DNA of 64,000 bases from an uncultured Chitinophagales bacterium (GTDB lineage: Bacteria; Bacteroidota; Bacteroidia; Chitinophagales; JADIYW01), in NCBI GenBank assembly GCA_964642875.1, contig CAZXRF010000008.1:2241-66240 (forward strand), read 5' to 3'. How positions within the stretch are numbered: position 1 is the first letter of the stretch; every line of letters begins with the position of its first letter. The translations under genes were made by a program, and so were the position numbers. Below the pieces are notes generated by a model that saw only the letters and a list, made by a program, of their open reading frames with translations, was not told the DNA's origin and ran no database searches. Below are positions 1 through 10,067 of the stretch, piece after piece.

Positions 1-1558
1 TCCAATTCACATTCTTCTTCAAAAATTTGATAGATTCCGGAAATCCCTCCAGATTATCTATCATGTTTTTAGTGAGTTTATATTCGTTGTTTTTTGCGTC
101 TAAGGTCCTGTTTTTATTAGTGAGTTCTTGTCGGAGCTGCTCCGTTTTTTCTTCTAATCCTTTTATTTTTTCAATATTTTCTTCCTCTTTTTTTCGCAGG
201 TCTTCAACTAATAGGCGTTGTTTTTCTATTTTGCCTTCTGTGTGTATAATATCGTTGTGGAGTGTTTCTAATGTTTTTATTCGTTCGTCATTTTCAAACA
301 TCGATTGTTGTGCACTGCGCTGCAAAGCTTCGTGTTGCGATTCTTTTACGGCTATTAATTTTTCTGTTTCCGTAATTTTATTTACACTTGCAACATACTT
401 GTTGCGGGCTTCATCTAGGTTATTTCTGAATTCCAAATTAGTATTGCGTTGCTCCTCTAATTTATCTTTTGCATTTTCAAATTCGTGCTGTACAATTTCC
501 AATTTATACTCATCTTCTTCATTGTATTTGTGAAGTTGTTCCGTCTCTCTGCCGAGGGTTTCGATGATGGTTTTGGCTTGACTGATTTGCTGGTTTAATT
601 GTACAATTTGATTTTTTAAGAAAGTAGATTTTTGTTCGTCTATTTTTTTCTGACTTTCTTTTTCTTGTACTTGTGCTAAAAAAGTATTGAGTTGTTTTTG
701 TTGGTCTGATAGTGAACGCTCGCGCTCTAACACGGCTAGTTTTTCTTTTTCTAAATTAGCTTCTAATACTTCAATTTGTGTATTTGCTTGTATGCGTTTG
801 TCTTCTTGCTCTTCAATATCTTTGCTAGATAAGGCGAAACTTTCATTAATGCCGTGTAATTCATATTTCGATAAATCTATTGAGATTACTTTGTACTCCT
901 CTTTGTAGTTTTTGTATTGCCGTGCTTTTTTTGCCTGTGATTCTAAAGATTTTAAATTCTTATCTATTTCAAATAATAAATCTTCTATCCGGTTTAAATC
1001 TGCTTCGGTGGATTGCAATTTCGCTAAAGTTTCCTTTTTTCGAGTTTTGTATTTAGATACACCGGCGGCTTGTTCTATCAGTGTACGTCGTGCATTATCT
1101 ACGTTATTTAAGATTTGGTCAATCATCTTCAATTCTATAATGGCATACGTATCGGTAGAAATACCGGTATCCATAAATAAATCTTTGATGTCTTTGAGGC
1201 GGCAAGAAACACCATTGAGCTTATAGTCACTATCGCCATCGCGTGCTACAGTTCGGGTAATGGTGATACTGGAAAACTCAGTAGGTAATAAGTTGCGCGT
1301 ATTGTCAAGCGTGATGGATACTTCCGCAATATTAGAAGCGGATTTATCTTTAGTGCCGTTGAAAATAATGTTGTCCATTTTTTCCAAACGAAGTGCTTTT
1401 GTTTTTTGCTCGCCTAATACCCAGCGTATGGCATCTACTACATTGGATTTCCCGCAGCCATTAGGGCCTACGATACCGGTTATATTGTTGTCGAAATTAA
1501 TTTGAGTTTTATCGGCAAAACTCTTAAACCCTTTAATGTCCAAACTTCTCAGTCTCAT
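1..1558 (-). CDS. smc: Chromosome segregation protein SMC, N-terminal part; runs off the left window edge
   Basis: Absent from the ORF track; translated by hand from ATG at 1558: MRLRSLDIKGFKSFADKT...GIVGPNGCGKSNVVDAIRWVLGEQ (SMC Walker A region), followed by coiled-coil-like sequence. Confidence 0.95.
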   Translation of the reverse strand, partial: MRLRSLDIKGFKSFADKTQINFDNNITGIVGPNGCGKSNVVDAIRWVLGEQKTKALRLEKMDNIIFNGTKDKSASNIAEVSITLDNTRNLLPTEFSSITITRTVARDGDSDYKLNGVSCRLKDIKDLFMDTGISTDTYAIIELKMIDQILNNVDNARRTLIEQAAGVSKYKTRKKETLAKLQSTEADLNRIEDLLFEIDKNLKSLESQAKKARQYKNYKEEYKVISIDLSKYELHGINESFALSSKDIEEQEDKRIQANTQIEVLEANLEKEKLAVLERERSLSDQQKQLNTFLAQVQEKESQKKIDEQKSTFLKNQIVQLNQQISQAKTIIETLGRETEQLHKYNEEDEYKLEIVQHEFENAKDKLEEQRNTNLEFRNNLDEARNKYVASVNKITETEKLIAVKESQHEALQRSAQQSMFENDERIKTLETLHNDIIHTEGKIEKQRLLVEDLRKKEEENIEKIKGLEEKTEQLRQELTNKNRTLDAKNNEYKLTKNMIDNLEGFPESIKFLKKNVNW

Positions 1559-2397
1559 CGTTCAAAATTATTCAATAGAAAAAAAGGGCGGATAAACCCG
1601 CCTATACTACCTACAAATATACAGAAATAGCCTAATTTCTATAAAATTACGAAAAGCAAGTTATGTACATTTTTTTGCTATTTTTCTCGCTTTTCGTGGA
1701 TAATATTTTGATTATTATGGTATTTGCAGTCTGTTTTCATGTAAAGTTTAAAAATCTAAGTGGCTTGTATTAATTTGATAGTTTAGCTAAGATAAATGTT
1801 GAATTCAAGTGATAAGTGCAACACGTTTTAAAATAAATTTATCATTAGTAAAAAAAATATAATTGAGATAGTATTTATAATATAATAAAATAAATTGTGT
1901 GTAATAATCTATTACTAGAATGAGATTGAATTCATTGCTCTAATGTGTGGACTCTTTGTATGTAGAATGGATATAAGCAGTAAGTTGTATGAGGTTTTAA
2001 GTTAGCAGTATTACTATCCGACGTTATTTGATATTTTAAAATTGCCATGTGTTTTCTTCGCTTTGTGTATGTTTTTTGAGGACAAAAAGTAGGACCTATA
2101 AAAGTTTTTTAATGGCATGAAATAGATGAGGGTTGTTCTAGTGAATTTCCGTATCTAAAAATTAAGGAAGTAGGAGTAAAACTTTGTAGTTAATAAATAT
2201 TAATTCAGAAAAATAGGTAAGCAGCGCTTTAAACTGTAACTCATAATTATAAGGCTGATGGTAAAACCCCATGGTTAAATGCATCCAATCTATTTGTATT
2301 TATAGTTGTCTTGATGTTTATGGAGTTCATTGCGGTAATTGTAAAACCTAATTTGAGATTGAATTAAAAACTGGTTTTAATAGTTGAAAAAATAAAA

Positions 2398-2471
2398 TGA
2401 CCGCGGAAGGATTCGAACCCTCAACCCTCAGAGCCGAAATCTGATATTCTATCCAATTGAACTACGCAGCC
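2398..2471 (-). tRNA. tRNA-Arg(UCG)
   Basis: Reverse complement GGCTGCGTAGTTCAATTGGATAGAATATCAGATTTCGGCTCTGAGGGTTGAGGGTTCGAATCCTTCCGCGGTCA; anticodon arm TCAGA-TTTCGGC-TCTGA; T-loop TTCGAAT; CCA not encoded. Confidence 0.95.
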
Positions 2472-2545
2472 ATTTTATTGATTTCAATTTTATGAATTAC
2501 AAAAGTAGCAATTTTTTTTGTTACAAAAACTAATAACTTTGTAAA

Positions 2546-3070
2546 ATGGAAGCAAGAAAAATATCAGATACACTAAATATACACACAGAACTAATTATGC
2601 CCGCGCATACCAATCCGATAGGCAATTTAATGGGCGGACATTTATTAAGTTGGATGGATGTATGTGCGGGTATTTCAGCAATAAAACATAGTGGTGGAAT
2701 TTCAGTTACTGCCGGTTTGGATAATGTTTCTTTTAATCTACCCATAAAAATGGGCGACATTGTAATTTTAAAATCGTTTGTAACTCGTGCTTTTAATACT
2801 TCTATGGAAGTGGTGTGTGAGGTGTTTATTAAAAATATACTAACGTTGGAAGAAGTAAAATCTCATGAAGCATTTTTTTCTTTTGTAGGGTTAGATTTTC
2901 ACGGAAAACCTATTAAGTGCATGCCTGTAATTCCAGAAACAGCGCGCGAAAAACAATTGTATGAAGAAGCGTTAAACCGTAGAGAAATGAGGTTGATAAA
3001 TGCCGGAAAATTAAACCCTAAAGATTCTGTTTATCTTAAAAAAGAATTTTTAGCAGGAGAAGATGAGTAA
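2546..3070 (+). CDS. Acyl-CoA thioesterase (hotdog fold)
   Basis: IMPAHTNPIGNLMGGHLLSWMD motif; TAACTTTG -7 motif at 2534-2541. Confidence 0.9.
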   Translation: MEARKISDTLNIHTELIMPAHTNPIGNLMGGHLLSWMDVCAGISAIKHSGGISVTAGLDNVSFNLPIKMGDIVILKSFVTRAFNTSMEVVCEVFIKNILTLEEVKSHEAFFSFVGLDFHGKPIKCMPVIPETAREKQLYEEALNRREMRLINAGKLNPKDSVYLKKEFLAGEDE

Positions 3071-3083
3071 TTCTATTGAGGTA

Positions 3084-3872
3084 TTAATATGTGATTTGCA
3101 TGTGGTTTTTCTGTCTAAATTCTTTTCGAAGGAAAACAATTCCCATTTCAAAAATATCTATAGTGCATGTTACTTTTTCGTGGTTTTTAATGTATTCCCA
3201 TGCTTCTTGCATTTCTTCACTCCAATGGATATCATCGAATAGTAATACAGTATCATTGTGGCAGTAAGGGAGTACCGTGTTAAAATAATTTATGGTAGGC
3301 ACTTCTCTGTGATTGCCATCAATAAAAATTAAGTCAAATTTTTGATGATTTTTGCAACACTTTTCCAATTCGGAGTCAAAATTTCCAATAATTAAATTTA
3401 TATTTTTTAGATGTAGCTTATTGAAGTTTTCTTGTGCAATTTTTGCAATACTCTCGCTGCCCTCAATAGTAGTTACTTGTGTATTATGGTGTGCTGATGC
3501 TAAATAAGAAGTAGTGATACCAAGGGAGGTCCCTAGTTCTAAGATAGAATTGGCTTTAAAATGCCGAACCATCATAAATAAAAGATGTCCGTATTTTTCT
3601 TTTTTTACGCTCTTACGCGCAATTTTGTTTATTTTTCGTTTAGAAGTTTTAAATGAATGCGAGCCTGCACCTAAGTCAATAACTTCAATTGTGGAAGCAT
3701 TTTCCTTTAGTTCGTCTCTAAGATTTTCAATCCGTTCAAAATCTTCATATCTCAATTCTTTTTCAAAAACCTCTGTCACCAATTTGTAAATAAAAGGTGA
3801 GTGAATTTTGTATTTATTGAATGAGGTAATCCAATAGTGTATATATTCTTCTATTTGAAAGAAATTCAACAT
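3084..3872 (-). CDS. Class I SAM-dependent methyltransferase
   Basis: ILELGTSLGIT motif I, FDLIFIDGNH, LLFDDIHWS; start moved to ATG 3872 because a TATTTTTG -7 motif (3877-3884, minus) lies between the two candidate starts. Confidence 0.85.
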   Translation of the reverse strand: MLNFFQIEEYIHYWITSFNKYKIHSPFIYKLVTEVFEKELRYEDFERIENLRDELKENASTIEVIDLGAGSHSFKTSKRKINKIARKSVKKEKYGHLLFMMVRHFKANSILELGTSLGITTSYLASAHHNTQVTTIEGSESIAKIAQENFNKLHLKNINLIIGNFDSELEKCCKNHQKFDLIFIDGNHREVPTINYFNTVLPYCHNDTVLLFDDIHWSEEMQEAWEYIKNHEKVTCTIDIFEMGIVFLRKEFRQKNHMQITY

Positions 3873-3964
3873 ACGCCAAAAATACATAAACTATTATATA
3901 TTACACCTTTCTTTTTTGTAATTTATTTAAAAGGATATATACAATTGTGCAGAATCCAAATGCT

Positions 3965-4369
3965 TTAGTTGGTTACTCTGTTTACGTGGTAGTCAATGAT
4001 GTCTAAAGGCTTTCTGCCCGTGTAGTTTGGGTTGGTAAATTCGGAATAATAAACGGAATAGCACAAGCCTTTTAATCCTAAATTTAATAATCTCAATGTG
4101 GATGGAATTGCACCATCACTCGGATTGTTCTGTGCCTTCATACAAGCAATGATTATCCAATGTACTATGCCATTAGGTAAAAAAGAAAATATCGTTAGCA
4201 CTATACTTAAAAGCCCAAAATCGTCCTCTGGCACATTTATTACCATTTTATTTAGATAAGCCGTTCCGGCTGCTTCGCGAAATGAAGGAAACTCCCCGTT
4301 TTTCGGGCAATATACCTCACCTACTTTTAATAATCCTTTAGTAGCGCGTGTTGAAAATAAGTTTGCCAT
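3965..4369 (-). CDS. Hypothetical 134-aa protein, probable partner of the GMC oxidoreductase
   Basis: Co-oriented, 20 bp downstream of the GMC gene; no family recognised with certainty. Confidence 0.65.
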   Translation of the reverse strand: MANLFSTRATKGLLKVGEVYCPKNGEFPSFREAAGTAYLNKMVINVPEDDFGLLSIVLTIFSFLPNGIVHWIIIACMKAQNNPSDGAIPSTLRLLNLGLKGLCYSVYYSEFTNPNYTGRKPLDIIDYHVNRVTN

Positions 4370-4389
4370 TTTTATTTTTTTTCAAGGGT

Positions 4390-5769
4390 TTATTTTAATA
4401 ATTCCATTGCTAATTTGTGTCCTAATGATTTTATTGTTAATCCAGGATTTATGCCCGGTGCATTGGGGTAAATACTGGAGTCGGCAATATATAAAGTTTT
4501 CTCACCATGTACTTGAAAGTCTGGATTTACTACCGAGTTTTTTGCATCTGTTCCCATTACACAACCACCCATTAAATGCAAGCCAAAGTAAAATTGTGAT
4601 TTATAAATTTCATAAGCTCCCGAAGCTGTCATAATATTTTCAATAGCTTCAAATCCTTTGTTACGTCTGGCTTTATCTTGGTCAGTTAATGGTTTTACTA
4701 TAGTTAATTTGCCTTTGTTATCGCATTGTATTTCTCCAACGTTTTCATCTCGCACCGCCACTTCAATACATTGCATGTATCTGTATTTCTTCAAGTATTC
4801 TTGATGCTTTGCACCTGTTTCGTTTATCAGCATCCCTATGGAAATTGGAGATGCAAATACATTTTCTAATTTGAACCCTTGTGCCCGAAAATTTGGATCT
4901 TTTGAAGCAACGGATTGGAACATTCCTTTGTGTGCATCTACAGGGTCATTTTGAAATCCTAACCACATAAATTGTGGATGAGATGCAAATTTTTTACCCA
5001 ACATCGGTAATTTTGATTTATAGCCCGACAGCGTCATCATACGGGTAGAACCAAATGCGCCACCAGCTAATATTACTTTCTTACCTTCAAAGGTTACTTG
5101 TTTCCCTTTTTGAAATGCATGTACCTTGCAAGTGTCTTTATTGGGTTCTACTTTTTGTACTTCCGTTTCAGCTACTATTTCTAATCCTTCTTTTTCTGCC
5201 TTTTGTATAAATGCCACTAATGAGCTTTGTTTAGAATCTCTAAAACATCCTCCTAAGCATCCTACGCAATCATTGTCTTTGTCTGCTCCGCAATCACTTT
5301 GTCCTCTGCGCAAGAATCCCCATTTATATCCGTGTTTGTCACATCCATCTGCAAATAATTTTCCGTTCGGTCGCATTTCTTCTTTTACAAATGTATGCAG
5401 CACCATATCGCTCTCTACTTGTGCATAGTGTGGGTCCATTACTTCTGGTCTGAACCAATCTACACCACTTTCTGATCTCCAATCATTAAGTGCGATATCA
5501 TCAAATCTATCCATCAAACATTGATATACAATAGACGAACCTCCTACCATTCTAGTACGGAGAAATCCCATCTTTCCGTCTTTGCCGAATTCAATACCGC
5601 CACCCCAATATAGTTGCGCTGACGTTTCAGCTTCTGTTGTAGGAAAGGTATCTTTTCGGTAAAATTTTCCGGCTTCTATCAATAAAACTTTAGCTCCACT
5701 CTTATTTAGATAATAAGATAAGGCACCTCCTCCGGAGCCTGAACCAACTACTATAAAATCGTATATCAT
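4390..5769 (-). CDS. GMC family FAD oxidoreductase
   Basis: IVVGSGSGGG FAD motif, VGGSSIVY, CVGCLGGC, C-terminal HLMGGCVMG and DSSIYPNAPGINP. Confidence 0.92.
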   Translation of the reverse strand: MIYDFIVVGSGSGGGALSYYLNKSGAKVLLIEAGKFYRKDTFPTTEAETSAQLYWGGGIEFGKDGKMGFLRTRMVGGSSIVYQCLMDRFDDIALNDWRSESGVDWFRPEVMDPHYAQVESDMVLHTFVKEEMRPNGKLFADGCDKHGYKWGFLRRGQSDCGADKDNDCVGCLGGCFRDSKQSSLVAFIQKAEKEGLEIVAETEVQKVEPNKDTCKVHAFQKGKQVTFEGKKVILAGGAFGSTRMMTLSGYKSKLPMLGKKFASHPQFMWLGFQNDPVDAHKGMFQSVASKDPNFRAQGFKLENVFASPISIGMLINETGAKHQEYLKKYRYMQCIEVAVRDENVGEIQCDNKGKLTIVKPLTDQDKARRNKGFEAIENIMTASGAYEIYKSQFYFGLHLMGGCVMGTDAKNSVVNPDFQVHGEKTLYIADSSIYPNAPGINPGLTIKSLGHKLAMELLK

Positions 5770-5941
5770 GTTATAAAGGATTTTTTATTACTCACTGAAA
5801 ATAGCTACAAGATAATGATTAATTGAATAGTGCTACCTTTTAAATCGCAAAAAAAATCTTTGTTTACAATTTTTTAAGAAATGATATTTTAATAGATGAT
5901 TTTTGTCATCCTTTTTGCCTAAAATAGGAGAGATTTTTTGT

Positions 5942-7129
5942 TTATGAAAAAGCATTTATGCCCGTTATGTCCATTCCAGTAATCAGTAAATGTATATCGT
6001 GTGTGCCTTCGTAAGTAATTACACTTTCTAAATTCATAGCGTGCCGCATAAAGGGGAAATCTTGTGTAATACCCATTGCACCGCATATTTGCCGACTTTC
6101 TCGAGCTATGTATAAGGCAGTTTCTACATTATTTCTTTTACCCATAGAAATTTGCGCAGGCGTAATCGTTCCATCAATATTTAGCTTTCCTAATTGTAAA
6201 GCTAGCAATTGTGCTTTTGTCAATGCAGTTATCATCTCTGCTATTTTTTTTTGGGTTAATTGAAAAGCGGCTAATGGTTTTCCAAATTGTTGGCGTTCTT
6301 TGCTATATTCTATGGCATGATGTAAGCAATCCATAGCGGCACCCAAACAACCCCATGCAATGCCATAACGGGCCGATGATAAACAGGAAAGTGGTGCTTT
6401 TAATCCTTTTGCTTCGGGTAAAATATTTGCTTCAGGAATTTCTATCTCATCAAAAATTAATTCACCCGTGATGGAGGCTCGTAAGCTCCATTTTCCTGTA
6501 ATTTCGGGTGTTGTAAATCCTTTCATTCCTCGTTCTACAATGCAGCCAACAATGTGATTATTTTCGTTTTTAGCCCATACTACTGCGATGTCGCAAATGG
6601 GCGCATTGGTTATCCAAAGTTTTGCACCGTTTAAAATGTAGGTATCATTTTTTTTAATCAATCGTGTTTCCATACCTCCTGGGTCGCTGCCGTGGTTAGG
6701 TTCGGTAAGCCCAAAGCTCCCAACTATTTCTCCTTTGGCTAATAATGGTAGGAATTTCATCTTTTGCGCTTCGCTGCCAAATTTCCATATTGGGTACATT
6801 ACCAATGAGCTTTGTACGCTGGCACAGCTGCGCACGCCAGAATCGCCGCGCTCCAATTCTTGCATGATAATCCCATACGATATCGCATCTAAGTCGCCGC
6901 CGCCGTATTTTGCGGGTATGTGAGGGCCTAATGCACCTATTTCGCCAAGCTCTTTTATTATATGTTTAGGGAAATGATTATTCTCCGCATTGTTTTCTAT
7001 AGTTGGGATAATGGCAGTGTTCACCCAATTGCGCACGGTTTCTCTAATGAGCTTTTGTTCCTCGGTCAATTGATTATCTAATTGCAAATAATCAAATCCT
7101 CGATAAGTAGAAGCATATCTGTTTGCCAT
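5942..7129 (-). CDS. gcdH: Acyl-CoA dehydrogenase, glutaryl-CoA dehydrogenase-like
   Basis: ELERGDSGVRS, FGLTEPNHGSDPGGM, NGAKLWITN, LESVITYEGTHDIH. Confidence 0.85.
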   Translation of the reverse strand: MANRYASTYRGFDYLQLDNQLTEEQKLIRETVRNWVNTAIIPTIENNAENNHFPKHIIKELGEIGALGPHIPAKYGGGDLDAISYGIIMQELERGDSGVRSCASVQSSLVMYPIWKFGSEAQKMKFLPLLAKGEIVGSFGLTEPNHGSDPGGMETRLIKKNDTYILNGAKLWITNAPICDIAVVWAKNENNHIVGCIVERGMKGFTTPEITGKWSLRASITGELIFDEIEIPEANILPEAKGLKAPLSCLSSARYGIAWGCLGAAMDCLHHAIEYSKERQQFGKPLAAFQLTQKKIAEMITALTKAQLLALQLGKLNIDGTITPAQISMGKRNNVETALYIARESRQICGAMGITQDFPFMRHAMNLESVITYEGTHDIHLLITGMDITGINAFS

Positions 7130-7158
7130 AAAATCTTATTTTTGTGTAAAACAAAGGT

Positions 7159-7518
7159 ATGCAAAAAAAGATTTGGATAGGGGTAGAGCAAATGGAATTT
7201 TATGCCTTTCATGGGGTGTATGAAGAAGAGCGAAAAATTGGCGGAAAATATAGTGTAGATGTTTTTGTTTTTACAGATGCAGATGAGGCTAGGTTGAAAG
7301 ATGATTTAAACGGAACAGTGAATTATGAAAAAATATTTGCAGCTGTAAAAAACAATATGCAAACTCCAGTTCGGCTGATAGAGCATTTAGCACAAAAAAT
7401 ACTTATAGATATTAGAAGTTTTGTGCCATTAGAAGATAAAATAAGAATAAAAATCCGCAAGTTACAGCCGCCATTAGGTGGTGTGGTTGGTGCTAGTATA
7501 GTGGAAATTGAGGAGTAG
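7159..7518 (+). CDS. folB: Dihydroneopterin aldolase
   Basis: FYAFHGVYEEER, DDLNGTVNYE, LIEHLAQKI, KLQPPLGG. Confidence 0.92.
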   Translation: MQKKIWIGVEQMEFYAFHGVYEEERKIGGKYSVDVFVFTDADEARLKDDLNGTVNYEKIFAAVKNNMQTPVRLIEHLAQKILIDIRSFVPLEDKIRIKIRKLQPPLGGVVGASIVEIEE

Positions 7519-7540
7519 TAATTTATAAATGCATTTTAAT

Positions 7541-7570
7541 TTTGTTTTCAGTAAAAAATATGTACATTTG
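7541..7570 (+). promoter_or_regulatory. Bacteroidota housekeeping-sigma promoter for tRNA-Cys
   Basis: TTTG (7541-7544), 18 nt, TACATTTG (7563-7570), 15 nt upstream of the tRNA. Confidence 0.65.
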
Positions 7571-7585
7571 CCTTTCGAAAAAAAT

Positions 7586-7659
7586 GGTCGGTTGGCCGAG
7601 AGGCTAGGCAGAGCTCTGCAAAAGCTCGTACGGCGGTTCGAATCCGCCATCGACCTCCA
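7586..7659 (+). tRNA. tRNA-Cys(GCA)
   Basis: GGTCGGT/ATCGACC acceptor stem, GAGCT-CTGCAAA-AGCTC anticodon arm, GGTTCGAATCC, encoded CCA. Confidence 0.96.
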
Positions 7660-7695
7660 AAATCGGGATTGTTTGTTTTCAAATAATCCCGATTT
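7660..7695. terminator. Probable bidirectional intrinsic terminator between tRNA-Cys and the convergent T9SS gene
   Basis: 11-bp inverted repeat AAATCGGGATT / AATCCCGATTT. Confidence 0.75.
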
Positions 7696-7773
7696 GCTTT
7701 TCTATCTTGTTAGGTATTTGTTTTTTGTAGTTTAACGCAACAAAATTTCTTGCATTTTTTATAATATTTTTTG

Positions 7774-9999
7774 CTAACGATGTAAAACAATGATTTTTTG
7801 AGTGCCTTCCATATTTCCATTTGTAAGTTTTAAAATATAGATACCATTAGGCAAACTGTCCGTATTTATTGAGGTAGTGGAGGTGGGAAAATTTGTACTA
7901 AATATTTCTTGCCCTATTAGATTGAGGAGTTGTAAGTTGGTTTTACCACTATTTTCTTTAATATCTATTGTAATAAAATGATCAGTGGGATTGGGATATA
8001 GTTGAAAATGTAGAATTTGTTTTGAAGGTTGAATTCCCGTAGCAATATTAGGTGGAGGGTTTTTGCTGTAAATTACTAAGCCACCGTTTATATTACCGAC
8101 TAATATTTCTGCTTTTCCATCATTATTAATATCTGCAATAGATGATGTGGAGCGCTGGTTGGTATAGTTAATCAATGGAGCGGAAAGCGTGAAAGTGCCA
8201 TTTATTTTGTCTTCTATATTGTCATAAAATTGCAACCCCAAGGTATTTGTTCCTACTATTAAATCGTATTTGCCATCTCCATTTATATCGGCAATGGTGG
8301 GCTGTGTGTAGCCTATGGGTAAATTATTGGGCCTAATGTTTATTTTTCCCAAAGAATCAGAAATGAAAGTAAGTTTTATGTTGTTGGCGGCAGTGCCTTT
8401 GTAGTAATTAATATTGCCATTTCGTTCTCCAATAATTAAATCTGTTTTTCCATCGCGGTTTATATCCACTATGCAAGGGGTAGCGTTGCTACCTATCGAT
8501 ATTTCATTGTTCGCAATATCTTTAATGTAATTTCTATACACAAAAATGGGCGCGTTATTTGTACCGGTATTTTCCCATAGCGCAATACGTCCGTCGGAGG
8601 TGCCCAAAACAATATCTATATCACCGTCATTATCTATATCACCTATTGCAGGAGATATGTCTTTTAACCCTAAGGCAGATACGTTTAAATAATTTTCATC
8701 TTGCAGATGAAAGGCAGGTTGCGATGTAGTGCCTACATTTTTATAAAATAATAATTTGCAAATAGGCATATTTCCGTTTTCAATAAATCCGCCACTGCCA
8801 ATTAAGATGTCTGTTAATCCATCGCCATCAATATCAATAAAACATGGATTGGAATTAATGCCGGCATCTATCATATTATCTAATAAAAAATTTTTTTGAA
8901 TCAAACTCAATATGATTTTTTTAGAGCCGTTGTTTTGTATGTTTTTATAATACCAAATATTATTGATGTTGTCCGCACCGCCATCGAAAGTTGAAACCAA
9001 TAAATCTGTTTTGCCGTCGTTGTCAGCATCAATAAACGCAGGAGTTCCAAATGAATTACAATTAAATGAGGTTGAATATGATGGATAGTTAGCATCTTGA
9101 TTTAAAATACTTGCATAGTTTTTTGTTCCGTTATTGTACAAAAGGGTTAACGTATTAAGTGTTACACTTCCAATTAATAAATCAATAGTTCCGTTATCGT
9201 CCACATCAGCAGATTCGAGATAAGAGCCGGCATGTTCAATTCTATTGTTGCCATTTAATCGGTTAAACTTATAACTGCAGGTATCTCTGAGTGCATAATA
9301 ATTGCTAAGTGTATCTAATACATTTCCCCAACAATTGTCATTCTTTTTAAAAAATAAACTATCGCAAGATAAGCTCATTTCCTTTTGCTGGTTTTCGTAG
9401 TAGATGAGCCTATTGCCTTGTACATTATATGAAATGATATCCAAATCTCCATCCTGATTTACATCGACAAGTGTGGGGCGGTTTACTTCAGAACAATACA
9501 CATTTATTATACCACTTGTGCCTTGATAATAAAATCCGTTCTGTTGTAGTTTGTATTTTAAAGTGTCATTTTCATAATAGCCGGTATATACCATAAGGTT
9601 GCCCACACCATTATAAGTAAAGATATCTTCAATGCCATCGCAATTATAATCTTTTAGAATAAACCAGCTGCTAACTGATGGAAAGTTGGGCATGTAGCCA
9701 CTATTGAAACTGAAATTAGTAGAGGCGGTATTGGTAATTAAAAACGGTAAAAATTGTCTATTGCTTTTGTCAAAAACTACTAAGTCTTTTGTGCCATCGT
9801 GGTTGATATCCACTTTTCCAAATTGCACATTATTTACGCCGCCTGTCCAAGCGTATTTTAAAAAATTATCAGCAGTATTGGTTACCGGCAGGTAATCAAA
9901 TCTTTGATAGTTTTGTGCTGATAATAAAGTAGGAATTGCACACGCCAAAACAAGAATGAGGAGATACTTTTTTAGATGAAATTGCAATCGAATAAACAT
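7774..9999 (-). CDS. FG-GAP/VCBS repeat protein with T9SS type A C-terminal sorting domain
   Basis: Signal peptide; many D-x-D/N-x-D-G-x-x-D repeats; C-terminal FQLYPNPT...LPNGIYILKL. Confidence 0.9.
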   Translation of the reverse strand: MFIRLQFHLKKYLLILVLACAIPTLLSAQNYQRFDYLPVTNTADNFLKYAWTGGVNNVQFGKVDINHDGTKDLVVFDKSNRQFLPFLITNTASTNFSFNSGYMPNFPSVSSWFILKDYNCDGIEDIFTYNGVGNLMVYTGYYENDTLKYKLQQNGFYYQGTSGIINVYCSEVNRPTLVDVNQDGDLDIISYNVQGNRLIYYENQQKEMSLSCDSLFFKKNDNCWGNVLDTLSNYYALRDTCSYKFNRLNGNNRIEHAGSYLESADVDDNGTIDLLIGSVTLNTLTLLYNNGTKNYASILNQDANYPSYSTSFNCNSFGTPAFIDADNDGKTDLLVSTFDGGADNINNIWYYKNIQNNGSKKIILSLIQKNFLLDNMIDAGINSNPCFIDIDGDGLTDILIGSGGFIENGNMPICKLLFYKNVGTTSQPAFHLQDENYLNVSALGLKDISPAIGDIDNDGDIDIVLGTSDGRIALWENTGTNNAPIFVYRNYIKDIANNEISIGSNATPCIVDINRDGKTDLIIGERNGNINYYKGTAANNIKLTFISDSLGKINIRPNNLPIGYTQPTIADINGDGKYDLIVGTNTLGLQFYDNIEDKINGTFTLSAPLINYTNQRSTSSIADINNDGKAEILVGNINGGLVIYSKNPPPNIATGIQPSKQILHFQLYPNPTDHFITIDIKENSGKTNLQLLNLIGQEIFSTNFPTSTTSINTDSLPNGIYILKLTNGNMEGTQKIIVLHR

Positions 10000-10067
10000 A
10001 GCTTAAATGTAAGCAATTGAAATGTGAAATACATTTTTTGATTTAACTTTTTGTCTTTCAAAAGAAG

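Noticed and set aside
27-1505. Plus-strand ORFs 27..533, 687..908, 912..1226, 1260..1505
   Set aside because: Antisense shadows of smc, which the track missed because it has no stop inside the window.
1559-2397. Replication origin
   Set aside because: Only one near-consensus DnaA box, no cluster, and no typical origin-flanking genes.
7529-7735. 68-aa ORF
   Set aside because: Overlaps tRNA-Cys, its promoter and its terminator.
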